NCBI GenBank assembly: GCA_964035545.1
Contig: OZ037769.1
Coordinates: forward strand, 744,001 to 808,000
DNA length: 64,000 nucleotides
Direction: 5' to 3'
Source: Bugula neritina
Taxonomy: Eukaryota; Animalia; Bryozoa
The notes under the pieces are model-generated. The model was not told where the DNA came from. It was given only the letters and a program-made list of their open reading frames with translations, and searched no databases. Shown here piece by piece: positions 60,801-64,000 of the stretch (position 1 is its first letter; every line of letters begins with the position of its first letter). Both the position numbers and the translations under genes were made by a program.

Positions 60801-63800
60801 TGACTACGTAACCGGCACCGGCCATGTCCACGTACGGTCTGGTGAGGATGATTCTCCCGGGGAGTCTCATAGCCTGAGTGTACCACGGAGTGCTGGTCGG
60901 GTCGTAGAGCTTATGGGTGAGAGTTGCCGGGTACATCCGGAGAGAGCCCGAGGGAGTTGCCACGTACCTAGCACAGGAAACACAACTTAGCAGACGTCAT
61001 TAGACAGAACTCGTATCAAAGTGTGAGAACACATAAATGATAAACTCTTCGTAGAAAAACTGAGATGCCCTTAATAACTAGTTTGGGTATATTATTGTGC
61101 TAATAGCTGTGTGTTAACTTATGTGTCATATAAACATCAACTAAAAGTATCCAGTGCTCTGATTGGTGCTTATCCAACAGATGCACCAATCACAGGCCAC
61201 TACTCACCTCCGAACAATAAAACTCTTATAAGCAGACGTCTTCCATCGCTGGAGCCACACTCTGTCTATATTAGAAACAGCTATGACATCATTTCTAACC
61301 TCTTCTTTCAAACCTGGATGAAATATGAAAGATCAAGGAATTATAAGAGTTGAGATAAGATTTTAACTGAGTCAACAGAGAATTGGCTAGATGAGGTATG
61401 TACCAGGTTTGCTAATGTAGGAGGAGCTATCAGTAATGTAGGCCAAATAGTTGGAGACCATCTTCTTAGTCTCCGCCTTTCTCATGTGCTCATACGGCTG
61501 TTCGAATGCCTTTGCAGACAGGAAGAGCGCGCTAGTTGAGAAAGAGGCTAGCTGTTTGAAATAGAGGCATGTGTGTTCAGAAGGCAGTTGTCCAAGATCC
61601 AGTCTGTGGTACACCATCGACTCTGAGTTGGTAACTGAAATAGAAGTACCTTGAAATATGAATATTAACTAACAACTATTCAATAAGTATATCCACTCAC
61701 CTCTACCATTCCCTGCATTTACTGTTAGATATACTAGCTTGAAGCTAAATAAACAACTCAACACCTGGACATCAATTAACACTGAGGCTACGTCTATAAA
61801 TACTTTTATCACACTTTCTAATTAACCTCTATCGAACATGTAACAACACCTACAATCCAAATAACCACACCCACACCCACCAGTCAGCTAACCACACCCA
61901 CCAGTCAGCTAACCACACCTACTAGTCAGCTAACCACACCCATTAGTCAGCTAACCACACCCACAAGGCATAATCTATAGACATGAATACACATCACTCA
62001 CTTGCACTTTCTGATATGACATGAGATGGATCCAGGCTCTTTAGTGCTCTCATAACGACGATATACGGACTGGTTGGCAACCTGTACCAAGAATAGACAT
62101 AGGTCTGGGAGAACGGGGCGCCTGCATCACCCCCTATACCTTCGTCTGAAGTCACATTGACTAACGGGAGCTCAGCTATTCCCTGCCTGCTAGACAATAT
62201 ACTCTGCAGAACAGAGGAGAAACCCGGCAGATTCTCCAAACTAGAAATACTTCTGTCCACAAAGACGTCTCTCTCTTTGATGATCTGTGTGATACCAGGA
62301 TGAGTGATCACATGACCTAGAAAGCAGACGGCAGCAGTGATGTCACTCTGTCAAAAGGTCAACAAAGAGAAAGTCGGCCTACCTATCAAGAAGGTCTTCA
62401 ATATTAGACACTGTGATGAAAAGCGCACCACGACGTTACTAACTGATAACTGGTGTAAAGATGTAATGAAATAGTAAAATGGCGGCAGATGTTAGCTGTG
62501 AAATCTGATGCGTTGTTGTTGGTGAAACCATGGCAACAAAATATACAATTCAGCATCAATATCAGCAGTTTAACTCACCTTTGACATCTATGAGAAAGGC
62601 ATAGAGTCCTTGCTTGTTGGTGTTAGTGACTTTGTCAGTGAGGTCTTCCAGAGATATATCAATGCCGACCACCCCTATGACTCTAGACATCAAAGTGTTT
62701 TCTGCTAGACAAGGCAGTGACAGACTTACAACTAGACCTACAAAGGGAGAAGAAGTTGTACAAGACGGGCAAACTAGAATTATGACATTACTAAAAAGGA
62801 AATGACATAACCAAATAGGAGATGATGTTACAGCAGAGATCAAATATAAGTTTTAATAAGTAAATATGGAAATTACAAGACCAAGTGTTGTATTGATGTT
62901 TACTTCTTTGCTGTTCAAGTCAGTACACAGAACGTTCACAAATATCTAATAAAGCCTTAAGGAAATAGAAGAGTATGAACTGTACAGTGAGCTATGAATA
63001 CCTTGTATACACATAGCAAGCTGCATGCATGCTTCCCGGTGCAAAGCTGTGTGTATTACATACTGTGATAGAGATATCTATTGTCAACAGATAAAACTTA
63101 TTCTACATGTAGAATATGTCAACAGATAAAACTTATTCTACATGTAGAATATTTTAACATGTAGAATATGTTCTATCAGATCCAAAATTGTAGAAAATCT
63201 GCACATCTCAAATTGCTAAAAAGCCAACACCAACAAAGTAAAAGGTGCTGCATATTACTTATACATATCTTCCACCTGCGTGGTGACATTGTAGACTACA
63301 GCTTAGCATCATATAAAATAATATGAACATTAGAAGCACACGCATAATTGCGAGATACAAACTTAGCCAGTGAGAGTGAATGAAAGCAGTGATGAGGCAG
63401 TAACGATATAAAACAACACGTAGTATATACAAACTAGAGCAGCGGATGGAAAGTCTCGCCATCTATACAGTGTCTACAGAAAGAGGTATTCTCTACAGTA
63501 TATCTCTATAGTATATCTACAGTATCTCTACAGTAACTCTACAGTATATCTCTACAGAAAGAGGGACTTTTACAGCATCTCTACAGTATCTCTACAGTAT
63601 ACACTACAGTGTCTCTACAGTATACACTACAGTATCTCTACAGTATACACTACAGTGTCTCTACAGTACTTCTACAGTATTTCTACAGGACTATAAGTAC
63701 CTCTACAGTACTACAAGTATATCTACGCACCCCTATCCATGATGTCGTTGTACGGAGTAGAATACACAGCCTCTCTAGACAGATTCAACAGGCCATGACT

Positions 63801-63875
63801 GGACTTATCAACGAAGAGGTTATTGAGAGTGACAGCTACGTCCTCTTCACTGTACACACTGTGGTATATGCCCGG
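57864..63875 (-). CDS. CACHD1: VWFA and cache domain-containing protein 1, 3' portion (the gene extends beyond the window)
   Basis: Exons 63875-63731, 62737-62579, 62316-62002, possible 61733-61701, 61634-61404, 61313-61208, 60967-60773, 60494-60272, 60165-60067, 59881-59726, 59510-59132, 59038-58808, 58457-58240, 58046-57864. Cache motifs (IGVVGID, YDPTSTPWY, PYVDMAGAGYVVS, AVMGADF), ECECPCECP Cys-rich region, TM segment (GAVLCIVLLVVLGVYCY) and cytoplasmic SDHGYSTM. Confidence 0.9.
58465..58797. repeat. 24-bp repeat, about 14 copies, filling a CACHD1 intron
   Basis: Unit taatataagagtagtaatatagta occupies nearly all of intron 58458-58807. Confidence 0.9.
59600..59720. repeat. 27-30-bp repeat, about 4 copies, right after a CACHD1 donor
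   Basis: Unit tacagaatgatgtcacaagggcacata. Confidence 0.85.
63460..63722. repeat. Degenerate (tctacagta)-based repeat after a CACHD1 donor
   Basis: ctacagta recurs about 20 times, starting close to the GT at 63730. Confidence 0.8.
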
Positions 63876-64000
63876 CTACAGGATATGACATCAACTTAGC
63901 AACTTATATTATTAAAAAATGTTTTATAAAGGTATATTATATTATTGTATTGGAGCACATGATTATATTATTGTACCATATATCACATTATTATTCTAAA

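Overview
AT-rich, intron-rich animal genomic DNA, probably from an invertebrate; the taxon cannot be fixed from sequence alone. Reading GT-AG junctions by hand gives eight phase-consistent multi-exon genes: an RBM5/RBM10-like splicing factor (-), PLGRKT (+), a cytosolic sulfotransferase (+), an SLC3-family heavy chain (-), aspartyl aminopeptidase DNPEP (-), SAM synthetase MAT (+), a KLHDC1/2-like kelch protein (-) and the 3' part of CACHD1 (-). There is also a possible orphan gene (-), a PIF/Harbinger-type MITE and a tRNA-like pseudogene. Three signals stand out. (1) The RBM5/10-like gene loses its normal C-terminus (full OCRE, C2H2 zinc finger, G-patch) and splices in frame into one 2-kb exon encoding an SGNH/GDSL-like domain plus an RS domain. 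(2) About 20 unrelated minisatellites sit on or beside splice junctions. Several amplify the splice site itself (about 38 copies of one acceptor, each decoy followed by a stop), and one intron is made entirely of repeat between GT and AG. (3) The MAT gene has a METTL16-like UACAG|AG motif in a possible stem-loop at the exon-3 acceptor. All gene models are manual and have no transcript support.
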